Assembly: GCF_009914755.1 (NCBI RefSeq)
Contig: NC_060928.1
DNA length: 64,000 nucleotides
From: the human T2T-CHM13v2.0 reference genome, Homo sapiens
Direction: 5' to 3' (one strand)
Both the position numbers and the translations under genes were made by a program. Of the stretch, positions 42,342 through 60,099 are shown piece after piece (position 1 is the stretch's first letter; each line of letters begins with the position of its first letter). The notes below the pieces were generated by a model. The model saw nothing but the letters and a program-made list of their open reading frames with translations, was not told the origin of the DNA and ran no database searches.

Positions 42342-43476
42342 AATAATTTAACTGGCACATCTGCATTTCTGTTTTAGTTATGTCTTATTTCATTTTGTAT
42401 ATCATTTAAATATCTAATTGTAATGAAGAGCAACTTGTGAAGATTTAGTGGTTTATTAAGGCACCTTCAGCTCTTCTTCATAAATGAGTTAATATACTCT
42501 TACTTAATTGAAATCTTGTTTTTGAGATCCTCTCAACTTTTTTTTGAAATACCTTTTACATTTAGAATCTCAAGCCATAGTCTTAATATTTTTTGAGCTA
42601 TCTGTAGTCCTACTTACACAATTCTCAAAAATTTATTGTGATAATATTTCCCCCTCTTTCTTATACCTAAACACAGTCAGCCTTGAGAAACTATTTCTCA
42701 TAGGTGTGCCCGGATTACATTTAAATTAATTTGGAATGTAAAATTCCATGCATACACACTTCTTTGAACAGACATGCGGAGTGGTAGTATACGTGGTGTT
42801 AAGAAAGGTGTGTAGTAGAGCTATTGCTTGGAGTATTCTCTTTGCTTGTTGTGAAAGCTTGTGAGGAGACATTGGGCCATGTGGTCAGGTTTCTAACAGT
42901 TCTCGTATTGGCCTCAATTAGTTGTCTGCTTATTAATAGAAGTTATGCTACAGACTTCTCTGTCTCTGTAGACCCAAACTGTTATATTCACCCTTTTTCT
43001 GCATATACCATTAAATTTAATGTCCCCAAATATTATGTGTATGTTATGTTATATACACATACATCATTAAGTCCCACATCTCAAAGAAATTTTTCTCTGG
43101 AGTCCATTTCTGTTTTGCCTATCCCTCTATTGCCATTTTCTATACTACCTCTTCATATACCTTAAATTAGCTAGTATCTGTTTATATATTCACATCACAT
43201 TTTTGCAAGGTAGATAAAGGAAATTGCTCTCAAATGATGGGATTTTTACTTGCTGTGTTTCAGTTTAAAACATCCTTTTCCCCCACAAAAACTAGTTTTA
43301 TAAACATTTGTGAAGCAGACTGCGTAAAGGAAATTGCTGACACAACTTAACTGCATCTATAATCGTGCAAGTGATATGACTGCATGGGGAGAGCAAAGAA
43401 GATAGAAGCAAAAATTGGCTATATTTTCAACTTAAGTCTCAATATGAAAAAAGAGACTAATGCCATTTAGTTATAA

Positions 43477-43860
<384 letters not shown>

Positions 43861-43887
43861 CGGAGCTGTGTGTTGTATGCCTCTAGA

Positions 43888-44265
<378 letters not shown>

Positions 44266-44279
44266 CTAACCTCCAGGGT

Positions 44280-44593
44280 TTTTATTATTTTTACTAATTT
44301 ATTGATTTGAGACAAGGTCTTGCTCTGTCGCCCAGGCTGGAGTGCCATGGCATGATTACGATTCACTCCAGTCTTGAATTTCTAGGCTCAAGCAATCCTC
44401 CCACCTCAGCCTCCTGAGTAGCTGGGATTACAGGTGTGTGCATCCAAGTACAGCTACTTTTGTAATTTTTTTTGTAGCGATGAGGGTCCAGCTATGTTGC
44501 CCAGGCTAGTCTCAAATTCCTGGGTTCAAGCAATCCTCCCACCTTGGCCCCCCAGAGTGCTGGGATTATATGAGTGAGTTACTGTGGCTTGCC
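44280..44593 (-). mobile_element. AluJ (Jo-like)
   Basis: ggctcaagcaatcctcccacctcagcc, atgttgcccaggctagtc. Confidence 0.88.
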
Positions 44594-44930
44594 TTTTTTT
44601 TTTAAAATATATATAAGGAATATTATAGTGCCAGTGCCTTTCTGTCTGGTGTTGGAGGTCCCATTATAACATCTGTAAATTATATATATTTTTAAAATGA
44701 TTACATTAGATTATTATATTTGCTCTTGGCTGCTTCTGTCTTTCGCGCGACATCTATGGGCATGAACAATATCTCCAACTCCAGATATGTATCTCTGTGT
44801 TAGCAATATCCTTAAGTTAAGATCATAGTTCCTCTGAATAACTTTTAAAAATCAGATATGTTTTAGGAAATTACTGCTCTAGTGTACAACATTCATTTCT
44901 TTTCCACTGGTAAAATCTGGATTATATGTA

Positions 44931-47220
44931 CAGGCATACCTTATGACAGGTTTAGTTCCAGATCACCACAATAAAGCAAATATCACATTAAAGTGAGTCA
45001 TATGAATTTTTTGGTTTCCCAATGCACATAAAAGTTACATTAACATTATACCATATCTATTTAGTGTGAAATAGTATTATATCTAAAAAACAATGTATAT
45101 ATCTTAATTTTAAAATTTTTTTACTAAAAAAATGCTAACGATTATCTGAGCCTTTAGCTAGACATAATCTTTTTGTTGGTGGAGGGTCTTGCCTTTATGT
45201 GGATGGCTGCTGACTGACCAGCGTGGTGGTTGCTGCAGGCTGGGGTGGCTGTGGCAATTTCTTAAAATGAGACAACAATAAAGTGTGTTGCATTGATTGA
45301 GTGTTCTTTTCACAAAAGAATTCTCTGTAGCGTGAAATGCTGTTTGATAGCATTTTACCCACAGTAGAACTTCTTTCAAAATTGGAGACAATCCTTTCAA
45401 ACCTTGCTGCTGCTTTATCAACTAAGTTACTGTAATATTCTAAATCTTTTGTGGCCATTTCATTAGTGTTCACAGCATCTCTACCAGTAGTAGATTCTGT
45501 CTCAAGAGGCCACTTTTTTTTTCTCATCCATAAAAGGGAACTGTTCATATGTTAAAGTTTTACAATGAGATTTCAGCTATTCAGTCACATCTTCAGCCTT
45601 CACTTCTCATTCTTATTCTCTTGCCTTTTCCACCACATCTGCAGTTACTTCCTCCACTGAAGTCTTTCTTGAACCCCTTGAAGTCATCCTTGAGGGGTGG
45701 AATCAACTTCTTCTAAATTCCTCTTAATCTTGATATTTTGACCTCCTCCCACAAATCATGAATGTTCTTAATGGCATCTAGAAGGGTGAGTCCTTTCCAG
45801 AAGGTTTTCAATTTACTTTGGTCAGACTCATCAGAGGAATCACCATCTATGGCAGCTATTGCTTTACAAAATGTATTTCTTGAGTAATAAGACTTGAAAA
45901 TTGAAATTACCCCTTGACCCATGGGCTGCAGAATGAATATTGTGTTAGCAGGAATGAAAGACAACATTTATTTTGTTGTGCAACTGCATCAGAGCTCTTG
46001 GATGACCAGGTGAATTGCAGATGTGCTGTCACACAGGCTTAGTTTTCCTACGTATAGAGCATAGTCAGAGTAGATTTAACATAATTCTTAAGGGATCTAG
46101 AATTTTTTGAATGGTAAATGAGCATTGGCTTCAACTTAAAGTCACCAGCTTCACTAGCCCATAATAAGAGAATCAGCCTGTTCTTTGAAGCTTTGAAGCA
46201 AGGCATTGACTTCTCTTCTCTAGCTATGAAAGTCGTAGATGGCATCTTCTCATATAAGACTGTTTTGTTTACATAGAAAATCTGTTGTTTAGTATAGCCA
46301 GCTTCCTCAATGATCTTAGCTAGATCTTTTGGATAACTTGCTACAGCTTCTACATCAGCACTTGCTGCTTCACCTTGCACTTTAATGTTATGAAGATGCC
46401 TTCTTTCCTTCAACTTTAGGAACCAACCTCTGCTAGCTTCCAACTATTCTTCTGCAGCTTCCTCACTTCTCTCTGCCTTCATAGAATCGAGATGAGTTGA
46501 GGTCTTGCTCTGGATGAGGCTTTGGTTTAAGGAAATGTAGCTGGCTTGATCTACCCAGACCACTAACATTTTTTCCATATCAGCAAGAAGACTAATTCAC
46601 TTTTTCATCATTTTTGTCTTCACTGGAGTCGTATCTTAATTTCCTTTAAGAATTTTCCTTTTCATTCATAACTTGGCTAAGCGGTGCAAGAGGCCTAGTT
46701 TTGGGGACATATCAGCTTTTGACATGCCTTCCTCACCAAGGTTAATCATTTCTAGTTTTTGATTTAAACTGAAAGACATGTGACTCTTCCTTTCACTTGA
46801 GCACTTAGATGCCATTGTAGGGTTATTCATTGGCCTAATTCCAATATTGTTGTGTCTTAGGGAAAAGCAAAGCCTGAAATGAGAGAAAGAAATAGGGAAA
46901 CAGCTAGTCAGTGGAGCAGCCAGAACACACCCTGGGCATGGTTTCTGGCACCCCAAACAATTACAATAGTAACATCAAAGATCATTGATCCCAGATCACA
47001 GCCACAGAAGTAATAAAAAATAAAAAAGTTTAAAAGTTTTGAAAATTTTAGTAATTTTGGAATTACTATTATTTTATTAATAAAATATGACACAGAGACA
47101 CAAAATGAATACATGTTGAAGAGATAGTGCCAATAGACTTGCTTGACACAGGGTTGTCACAAACCTCCAATGTGTAAAAAGCAAAATATCTGCAGAGCAC
47201 AACAAAATGAGGTCTGCATA
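44931..47220 (-). mobile_element. Tigger1 (pogo/Tc1-mariner) DNA transposon, near full length, transposase inactive
   Basis: TA-caggcatacc TIR and a decayed gaggtctgcata TIR; minus-strand ORF pieces [76 protein letters not shown]. Confidence 0.95.
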
Positions 47221-47336
47221 CATATATATGCATAAGTATAGTGATATATATATATACATATGTGCATATGTATAGTATATGTATATGTTATATATAGTGT
47301 ATGTTACATATATATACAGTGTGCATATATATATAT
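47221..47336. repeat. (TA)/(TG) low-complexity microsatellite
   Basis: Alternating TA/CA/TG run next to the Tigger1 TA target. Confidence 0.85.
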
Positions 47337-47544
47337 TTTTTTGTTTGATAAGTATTCCTGATTAGACAGAACACCAATCTTGTCTGTTTTTACCTTTGTG
47401 ACTTTGAGCTAGTCATTTTCCATTTTGAAGCCTCAGTTTTTTAGATCCCCAAAGTAATGAAGTGAAACCAAGTTATGTCTAACCTAACTGCCAACATCAA
47501 TATGCTGGGTTCCTAAGCTTAAGATTCTGATCATCCTAGCATAA

Positions 47545-47770
47545 CTAATACTTATTGAGTACTAATACTTAATGTGTGCCAGACACTCGTCTATGTATTT
47601 TACATATATGAAAACTTTTAGTCCTCATAAAAACTGTGAGAAGTGTAGTAAAATTTTCCACTTCATAGGTGAGGAAATGAGGCAGGGAAAGTTTCAGGAA
47701 CTTGCCTTAGGTTATACAGCTTAGAAGTGGCAGAGCTGGTGTTTGAACTCAGGAATCTGTTTCCAGAGAT
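47545..47770 (-). mobile_element. MIRb
   Basis: tgtgccagacact...ggtgaggaaatgaggcag...cttgccttaggttatacagct...gtggcagagctgg. Confidence 0.8.
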
Positions 47771-50174
47771 CCTTTTTTCGGTAGATAGGTGCTCTCCCTG
47801 TTGGAGCCAGCCTTAGACAAATCTCGACATAGACCATGTTACTTCTACTCCAAAGAGCATTTCCCTTCTTATCTCAAGTTTCTGAAGTGTCTCAGGCCTG
47901 CCTCCTGTCTAGAGCTCGCCACTCTAAATGGTTTTTATATATGGCTGATATTTCCCCATCCTACATTCCTAGCTTTGGGTGTCCTGTTCTATTGGGATTT
48001 TGCACTATGGTAAAAAACTGATAAGCAGATTCAAAGTAAGGGCAAAACAACATGTTTAATAGCATGTTTAATGGGGAAAGATATTTGGGAAAGAAAAAGA
48101 GTTTTCCTTGATTCTAAACTTTGAATATGTGATTATTTGAATACCATATATGATATTTGAATATATTACATAGTGGCTACCTATGTGATTAAGCATATGA
48201 CTAACACAGTTCTGTGAACTCTTGACACACACAAGTAAATTAAACTTCTTTTCATGTACCATTCTGCCACCAGTAGCATGAGAAATGGATGCCAAATGTC
48301 TGCCTCTTTCAAATCAGTCTGAGTTTTCCGTAGATGTTTTCAATTTCATCTGGTTTTTTGGTGCTATGTTATTTACATGTCCCTTGAAAAACAGAAGATT
48401 CTGGTTTTACAAAATGTATTTCTTAGAGTAATAATTATAAATAAAGCTAAAAATTTAAAAATCTCCATTTGAAATGATAATATATTTGAAAAATCCAAGG
48501 ACACTTTTATTAAAGTTATTGGACTGAGCTCTAAGAGGGGTTACGATTTAAACAATTTTTTGATATGGTTTAAGTCCTTAAGCTTTGCTAATTGCAAGCT
48601 CACTGAAACACAGTATTAATTTTAAAAATCTTGCAAAAGTGTTTGATTCACATCATTGCTGGCTTGCCAAGTCTGTGGCTAGGTAATCCTTTAGAGGCAA
48701 TTTTGAACTATTTGAACAAGCCTACTTTGAGATTATGTACAAACAATTTATTTATGTGTGATAATATTGTCTGCACTATTTTCTGCTTCTGTGTTCTTTA
48801 TTTTTCCAGAGGACTATAGCAGATGTTTTAGACTTTGTGAGAAAAGTCAAGTTGTTCTCTCTATTGCCATTAGTAAAAATACTTGTGAAAAGCTATTTGT
48901 TATACTATATTTAGATAGTTGCATTTATATACTCAAAAATCAAGTTTACTTTGGGATAGTTATAGATGAAGTAATAAAGGCATTACTTAAACTATGAAAA
49001 GTAAAAGCTCTCGACACACAGTGGGTATAAAAGTTGAGGTACCCCTTTAATACCATTCGCTCAGCTTCCATCTTAGCATTGTTCATAGCCCTCACATTGC
49101 CGCCTCCTTGTCTAACTCTCAGCTATACAGGGAGGTCCTTGAGGCAGGCATTGTAAGTGCACATGACAGTATCCAGCATGATAAATGCAGGACCTAGAAC
49201 ACTTATCTAGTCCTTGCTAGTATTAAAAATTCAACAGGTCTTACAACTTGGTGCAACAAGCAACTGCATGTTGATTAATGAGAAACCTATTAATTATCCA
49301 ATAACTTGATGGTGTCCTCAATACTATACATCATCCTTAAAACATAGCTTGTTAGTGTTGATCCTTGTCTGTCTCCACTACTAAATAATAAATTTTATCT
49401 TAATTTATTAACTCTTTTAAGGCAGGGTTCTCTTTATCTCTGCATCACTAGTTCTTAGCACAGTGCCTACCACACTGCCTGATTAATTGAAATAATTCGT
49501 GAGGTAAAATAGAACAAGGATATATACTTCCTATCAACAAATTGCTAAAATCAAGCTTAACTTTTGCCTAATAGAGTTATCTCTGATCATCTGATTATGG
49601 ATGGTAATTAGTGTGCAGAACTGTAATGATCAATGCTGAAACTTGTGATGTAGTTCAGGTCATTTTAAGGTAAGGAAGGTGCACCCAAATTAAGGATTTC
49701 TTTAGCCTGAAATAGCTAAGACAAACCATTGATCATCGGCCAATGATTGTTGGTTATGTCCATGGAAATTTAATTAAATTTGAGGGGTTTTGTGAAATAA
49801 CCTGGCATTTGTTACTGTTCTTTCATCTTAGTCAGCATCATTGTAAATTCTAGTCCATAGATCATAGCTTAAAGTCGACTTGCTTTTAAGCAGGTAAATT
49901 CTCTAAGTTCTGTGGTTAGCCCAATGTTTATAATATAGTCACTGACAACCAGTGAAATAGCATAGATATCTTAGCATCTGTTACTTGAATTTTTAGCAGA
50001 TGTCCTAATCTTATTTAGTTTCTAGTAAAGGACAACCTGGATTCCAAGCATTTCTTTCTGAGGTCAATTATTCTTGATAAATACTTCCAGAAGGACTTAT
50101 CATTAAAGATTTTAAGAGAAATAACCCAAAATGAGGGCATTGGAATGTAATACGGGATGAGATAGCTATTTATT

Positions 50175-50715
50175 TGTGGTATCTCAGTATCATCCTGTTA
50201 ACGCTCTTTTCTGTTCTTACTAGCATGGCTCAGATTTTGAGTCTACATTTTCTAGGCTCCTTTGCCAGCTGGCTATGTTCTACTAATGGGGAATATTGTG
50301 AGGAAATCAGAAGGGTACAAATTGAGAAAACTTCCTACTTTGGTCTTCAGTGTTGTGGCAGTTGTTGGCAGGTTGTGGAATTATATAGGAGTTTCTGTAG
50401 CAGCAGAGGAGGTGAAATGATTCTGGACTCCAGTAGCCAAGACAGAAAAGCACCTTTTCAGCAGTTCCTAGCTGGGTCCAGGTGGCCCATATTTGACGGA
50501 TCTGGAATAAGCTGCAATAGCATCTCCAAAGTGGGGTAACAGGTGCAGGCTAGTGGGTTCCAGCCTAGAAGTTTTGGTAGGCTCTATTTCACTTCTCCTT
50601 TTCTGTTTTTTTTTTTCTTTTTAACTTTTCTAAAAGGCAACAGTTTTCCTATAATGTTTTCCCTCTGTTTGATATACCTAGAGTAAATTATGTTTTCTTG
50701 AGCAGACATTGACCT
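50175..50715 (+). mobile_element. Old ERVL-type LTR (LTR33/41/79-like)
   Basis: ctcctttgccagctggct...ctaatgggg and 3' ttccctctgtttgatatacctagagt; subfamily uncertain. Confidence 0.45.
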
Positions 50716-50909
50716 TTTAGTTTTCTATTCATTAGACAAACCAAATACCAATGTGTACAAATATGTACAAAGACATGAGTATACCATGGCAAAATTTTTA
50801 TGTTTGTTTCTGAGAATCAATTGCCTAACATGCTGTTGAGTCATACATCTTGTAAAAGTAAAAAACAGATACACCTATAGTATTTTTTTGTTCTCTCAAT
50901 GACAAAATT

Positions 50910-51530
50910 TAACATTTGTCACTGAATTGTGACCTCTTGGAGAAATGGAACTATAAGTCATTTATTTGTGTATTCCCAGATGTTGACTTAGTGGCACAGT
51001 CATATTCTATCCTCTTTTCTAATCCATTCTCTGATTGTAACTGGTGCTGAACTTAAAGAGTAAATCTGCCCATATCACTTTCCTACTTGAAATCATTCAA
51101 ATTCTCCTTACTGCTGTTAGGATAAAATCCAAGTTCTCTAGTGTAGCCTACTGAGAGCTTTAAAATTTGGTCATTATTTACCTTTCCAACGTTATCTCTT
51201 GCCTCTTGATTTGACTCTACAAGTTTTTGTCCCACTGGGACTCAATAACTTGCAGTTCTTCCAAAATCTCACACTATGTCTTACTTTTGGTTGTTGTCAC
51301 ATATGTGACTCCTTAAATCGGAATGAACTCTTCTCTTCTTATTTCAACCTTGTTTTCCAAGACAGCTCCTATTTGTGCTTCAGTCTCCAGCTTTTATACT
51401 TTTTTTCTTTTTACTTTTCCATGTCCTCCAGCTTGACTTAGAAATCTTTCTGTATATATTTCCAATGCAGTCTTCACTGCCCTTTTTATAGCACTTAACA
51501 CACTGGGTTGCGATTGCCTGTTTAATTGCA
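50910..51530 (+). mobile_element. L2 fragments
   Basis: catatcactttcctacttgaaatcattcaa...aggataaaatccaagttctctag...tagcacttaacacactg. Confidence 0.65.
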
Positions 51531-51849
51531 TCAAAGCATGCTCATAGGACTTCTTTTATGCAGGGACAACAGGTAAATTCCTAAAGCTAAAGAAACTAGG
51601 TACCTCTGCATTCTAAAGAAGCTAGAAATCTGTTTCCAAGCTTATCACGCTCTCCAAACTCTCCTGTAATCCTCGACACCATTCCCACCAAACACTCACT
51701 AACCTATAGAAAGGGGGTGTCTAGACATTCCAGAGGAATTGTTTGAAACAGGAAAGTCAATGCGGGATAGTGTGACATGGACCAGGAGAAAGTGTTTTGG
51801 AGTTTTATCTCATATTTGGGAGAGAGAACAAAAGGGCAATATTTCCTTT

Positions 51850-52204
51850 TTAAAGTTAATCTTATGTGTTAATTTGGCTGGGCCGCAGTGCTCAGATATG
51901 TGGTCGAATATTCTAGACGTTTCTGTGAGAGTATTTTCAAATGACATTAAAATTAAGTCAGTGAACTATGAGTAAGCAGAATGCCCTCTATAACATGGGT
52001 AGGTCTCATCCAATCAGTTGAAGGCCTGAATAAAACAAAAGAGTGACCTGCCACAAGAAAAGGGAATTCTGCCAGCAGACGGCCTTTAGACAGAACCTTC
52101 ATCCTCAGCTCTCCTACATCTCAGCCTGCTGACCCACCCTGCAGATTCTGGAATTGGCAAACTCTATCACTGGCTCTGTTTTTCTGGAGAACCCTGAATA
52201 ACAC
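51850..52204 (+). mobile_element. MLT2D-like ERVL LTR
   Basis: gagtaagcagaatgccctc...tcatccaatcagttgaaggcctgaata...ctggagaaccctga. Confidence 0.8.
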
Positions 52205-52489
52205 AGAGGGGAAGCAAGAGATTGAATGTATCTGCAGGCATAGGAGGTGGACACTTTCATTGTCTAAATACCTGCTGAGCTTCACTTGTAAGCTTACCTC
52301 AAAAGCAACAGAGTAGAGCACAGTGAGGGAGTTCTTGGAAAAGGATGTCATGTGGTCCCTGGAAATTTGGGCTATTGGGGAATAAAAGACCAATGCCTAC
52401 TACTTCCCTGGAGGATTTTCAAGACAGACTGTTGACTAGAACAGCCTGCTATTGTAAGAGGAGAAAACAGGGCAGCAGTGTTGTGGTGT

Positions 52490-52805
52490 AAAGTCTTTCC
52501 ATTTGGTTAACAAGGATGCCATTATTGATAGATGACAATATACACTTCCTGTATTGCCAACTAGATAATCTTACTCAAGCTTTGTTGTTTGGAGTTTTAA
52601 TTGGGGGCTCCATGGTTGATTGCCCATAGTCTCCAGTCTCTCTGGAGGTAAACACTGCATGACCCAAAGTCCTTGTCATAAATCACACTGTTAAGCTGTG
52701 TGATAGTCGAGGCTCCCATGTAACAAAGATACTCTTCCCTGAGATCATTACCTGCATGAAACAAAGGCCAGGGCTCTCTTCAAGTAAGGTTAAATTATTT
52801 GTTAC
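52490..52805 (-). mobile_element. MER21/MER77-like LTR fragment
   Basis: gagttttaattgggggct...aaagatactct...aaggccagggctctcttcaagtaaggttaa. Confidence 0.5.
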
Positions 52806-53624
52806 CTGCATGGGAATTTTGATTTAAAACTTTTTGGTCACTTAGAGATATTAGGAAATGACGTTATCTACTTGAGAATTCTTGGGAGTGTTAAGGGAAG
52901 CGTGTAGATAGACTGTGTTTGAATGAAGCCTTTCCTTGAAAGCAGTTTTTCTATCTATCTAATTCAGACTTAACAAACCAGTTATTCATATATGTCTTCC
53001 CAACTAGATGTGAGTTCTGTGAAAATGGGAATGATATCTTTCTTGTTTCCACGACCCAGCACAGAGACTAGCACTAACAGAGCCTAAAGAAATATTTGTC
53101 TACTGAATGGAGAAAGATTTATCACAAAACACTGAGCAGATTGCCACTTCAGAGCTGTACTGTTATATATGTGTTCCTGATGTTCATGATAGACTCATAA
53201 AAGGTCAGAGCCTCAATCATAAGTCATCAGCATTAGCCTAAATAGAATGAAAGGCCTTGATGTGAAGTGGTCCATTGGCCTTCTGGAAGTAGCTGAAATA
53301 TTTAGGAATTACTGTTAAGAGACAACAACTACTTTTAAGACTCAAGTGTAGCCTTTGTATCTTCCTTTCTTAAGAATGATTTATGACCAGAGCCAAGTAG
53401 TTAACAACATGAAATTCAAGTCCTAAATGCTTCACCACATGGTTATAATCTGGAAGGATTCTTTCATGATAGTTATAACCTGGTATATGTGTTAGGTGTG
53501 TCATGACAAAAACATTTCAAATGTATATAAAGAGTTCATCATTTGGTTTAATAGTGACATATTATGACAGATTGTGAAGTTTGAACAAAGGATATTTTAT
53601 GTCTAAGATTCATGAATAATGCCT

Positions 53625-55460
53625 TTTCTTTTAAATAAACTTTTGATTTTAGAATAATTTTAGGTGTATAGAAATGTTGTGAAGATTGCACAGATTTCCT
53701 ATATACCCCACACTTAATTTTCCTTATTCTTAACATCTTAGATTAGTATGGTACATTTGCCAAAATTAATGAACCAATATTAATACATTAGTATTACTTA
53801 AAGCCCATATTTTATTCAGATTTCTTAGTGTTTAACTAATGTTCTTTTTCACTTCCAGGATCCCATCCAAGATACCACATTGTGACATTATGTCTCTTTA
53901 GGCTCCTCTTGGCTGTGACAGATTTTTTCAGATTTTCTTTTTTGTTTATGGCCTTGACAGTTCTAAAGAGTATCATTCAGTTATTTTGCAGAATATACCT
54001 CAGTTGGGATTTGTCTTATGTGTTCTCATTATCAAATGAGAATGTGCATTTTTGGAAAAAAGACTACAAAGGTAAAGTGCTATTCTTATCACATCATACT
54101 AAGGGTACATGCTATCAGCATCACTTATTATCGTGGATGTTGACCTTGAAAATCTGGCTGAGGCAGTGCTTGCTAGGTTTCTCCAAGGTAAAGTTATCCC
54201 CATTTCTTTGACGTACTGTACCTTTTGGAAGAAAATCACTATGAAGCATTATGCTAACCTCTTTGAGGGTACAGTATCTACATAAATCATTTTTTATTCT
54301 TCTGAATGGGAGATTTATATTTTGTGCTCCATTTTTTAATTCAATCATTTGTGAATATCACTATAAACTCATGAATATTTATAATATAGTCTAAATCATT
54401 TTCCAATACAATTTTATTACATTGCTCAAATTTTTCCAGCTTTAGCCATTGGGAGTTAGTTCAGTTGGCTTTTACGTCCCTTTGACATAACACTATCATG
54501 GTTTTTTTTGTTGTTGTTGAACACTTCCTTAATTCCTGTCATTATAAGAAGTTTCGGGCTCATCTTATATATTTCCTGCCCCAGCTCTGGAATTAGCTAT
54601 TTCCTCAAGAAGCTCTGGTTCCTTTTATTGGAGAATGGTGTTAGAAATCAAGATCTTTCTGCTAGATATGCTCATTGCTACTGCAGCGTCATTGCTCCTA
54701 GGCCCTCTCATCTGACAGAGCAAGGAAATATATGTGTGCACACTAACTTCTGAACATACAAATACATGTAAATATTTATATATCCATCTGTATCTATATC
54801 AAGCTAAACATGAGTATATAATATCTTCAACTCTAATCCATTACATGCATCATTCCAGCCTTCTCCCCTTGTTTGCTGTAATATACAACAACATGTAAAA
54901 ACATAACTTCCACATTCCACATATTCACTTAATTGTCTAATTCTAGTATAGTGGTTTCAGAATTGTTAACCTGAACTCCCATGGAAGACAACTATATCAA
55001 TGAGATCACAGGCTTATGTACAATTCCTTTTGCCTTTAGTCTTACAGTCTCCATGCTTTTCTAAAGTTAAATGGATCAGCACCTCCTTTCCCCACGCCCT
55101 TCAATGATGTTATTTTATACAACTGTAATAATAGTATTAGATCCTTTTGTTACAGTCCATCCTGGAATTCCGCAAACTTCTAAATGATCATTGCTTAAGT
55201 TCTATATATTAGGGTTCATGCTTTGTGCCATAAATTGCTATGTTTGACAAATGCATATTGTCATGTATCCACCATTACAGTAGCACACAGAATAGTTTTA
55301 CTGCCCCCAGACATTTCATGTGCTTCACCTATTCAACCCTCCTCCACCTTAGTCCATTTCTATTTACCATTTCTATAGTTTTGCCTTTTCAAGATTGTCA
55401 TATAAATGGAATCATACAACATGCTGCCTTTTCAGATTGGCTTCATTTGCCCAGTAATTC
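53625..55460 (-). mobile_element. Old L1 3' region (L1MC-type, L1MC3-like)
   Basis: ttttagaataattttagg...ttccaggatcccatccaagataccacattg...gattgtcatataaatggaatcatac. Confidence 0.75.
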
Positions 55461-55732
55461 TTTGTACTGAACATGTACAAACTTTTTTTTTCCGGTCATT
55501 ATTCCTTAAACAATATAGTATATCACCTATTTACATAGAAGTTATGTTGCATTTTATTGATATTATATTAGTATTATAAATAATCTAGAGATGATTTAAA
55601 ATATACAGGAGAATGATCATAGGTTGTATCCAAATACTATGCCATTTTATATAAGATACTTGAGCATCTGTGGATTTTGGTATCTACAAGAAGTCCTGGA
55701 ACAAATCCCCTATGGATAAAGAGGGACAACTG
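55460..55732 (-). mobile_element. MER2 (Tigger-family MITE), partial
   Basis: tgtactgaacatgtaca...tctagagatgatttaaa...tcctggaacaaatcccctatggataaagagggacaactg-TA. Confidence 0.85.
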
Positions 55733-55949
55733 TAGTCCCTTTTTATATATTTTATTCCACAAAATGGATGTCTCTGGATTTTTCTCCATCTTTATTTAGG
55801 AAGAAATTCTATGTTGGGAGAAGTAAAGAAGCTCAAAGAAATGTAAAGCACTGAGAAATGCAGCCTTTGCTGGATATCTTGTTTGTCATTTCAAATCTAC
55901 TTTCTGTCTTTTTAAACTGGATTTCAATTCTGGAAGGCTAATTTATATA

Positions 55950-56328
55950 GAGTTCATGATGAATACCTTTGCCCTTTGATCTTGGGTAGATTAGGCCAAT
56001 GATCAGTCCTGCAGAAAACAGGAGGGAAGGTGGAGAGTGAGGCCATGCTTTTACTATCTTTGCTCTCTTCCTGGATGGTGTCCTGGTTACTGACTTAAGG
56101 GAGACAGTTCTTCTCATGTGGGCCTCTCCACATAATTTCTCATTTTGGTTCTGGTAAGCATTCCATCTCCTTTTCTTTTGGGGCCTAATGGTGGTTACAG
56201 GGTAGTGCATGCTCCTTTCTGGTTTCCCTAAATCATGTGCACCATTTTGTAAACAAATCCTTTATTAAACCTTCTTTGAATTATCCTACTGTGAGTGTAC
56301 TTATGTTTCCCGTTGTGGTTCTGATACA
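55950..56328 (+). mobile_element. LTR33-like ERVL LTR
   Basis: gcctaatggtggt...tttgtaaacaaatcctttattaaacc...gataca. Confidence 0.55.
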
Positions 56329-56415
56329 TAACCCAATGCAGACTTTGTTTCTTGAACATTCAGACTTCACGTTATAAAACAGATACCTCTTGAAAAAATG
56401 TAGGAAGATACCCTG

Positions 56416-56963
56416 TGTGATGGTTAATATCGAGTATCAACTTAATTGTGTTGAAGGAGGTAAAGTATTGTTCCTGGGTGTGTCTCTGAGGGTGTTGCCA
56501 AAAAAGATTAACATTTGAGTCAGTGGATTGGTAGAGGCAGACCCACCCTCAATCTGGGTGGGCACCACCTAATCAGCTGCCAGTGGAGCTAGGATAAAAA
56601 GCAGGCACAGGAACATGTAAGGACTAGACTGGCTGAGTCTCCCTGTTTTCATCCTTCTCCTGTGCTGGATGCTTTCTGCCCTCCAACATCAGACTCCAAG
56701 TTCTTCAACTTTCGGACTCTTGAACTTACACCAGTGGTTTGCCAGGGGCTTTTGGACCTTTGGCCACAGACTGAAGGTTGCAATGTTGGCTCCCCTGATT
56801 TTGAGGTTTTGGGACTCGATCTGGCTTCCTTTGCTCCTCAGCTTGCAGATGGCCTGCTGTGGGACTTTTCCTTGTGATCATGTAAGTTAATATCCCCTAA
56901 TAAACTTCCTTTCGTATATACATCTATTCTATTAGTCCTGTCCCTCTGGAGAACCCTAATACA
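56416..56963 (+). mobile_element. MLT2A-like HERV-L solo LTR
   Basis: tgtgatggttaatatcgagtatcaactt...gcagacccaccctcaatctgggtgggcacc...ggagaaccctaataca. Confidence 0.9.
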
Positions 56964-57249
56964 CCTAGTTTCACCCCCAGCATCTATTCATGTACCAAAC
57001 TCCCTATTCTTTATACTTAGAGATCCAGGATCAGGATTCTGTCCTCTGAAGGGTATTAATTTAATAGAGAGGCTAGAATATTAGTTCCAATCTTAGGCTT
57101 TGTCCTTTGTAGCACCTTAGTAAGGTTAGTTACTGGTTGTTTTCTGTCATTGTCTTGTTTTTGTTTTTTATTAAGAGAAAGTTTCTTTGTGTGTCGGGGA
57201 TCCTATACCTCCTCAAGTCTGCATATTGTGAATGGCTGAGGTTCTTGTC

Positions 57250-60095
<2,846 letters not shown>

Positions 60096-60099
60096 AATT

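Noticed and set aside
45195-46956. Possible TIGD1-like domesticated transposase gene
   Set aside because: Broken into at least four ORF pieces with an internal deletion; TIRs are present, so it is an ordinary Tigger1 fossil.
49724-49755. Imperfect hairpin aaccattgatcatcgg/ccaatgattgttggtt
   Set aside because: Several mismatches and G-T pairs; not clearly above background.
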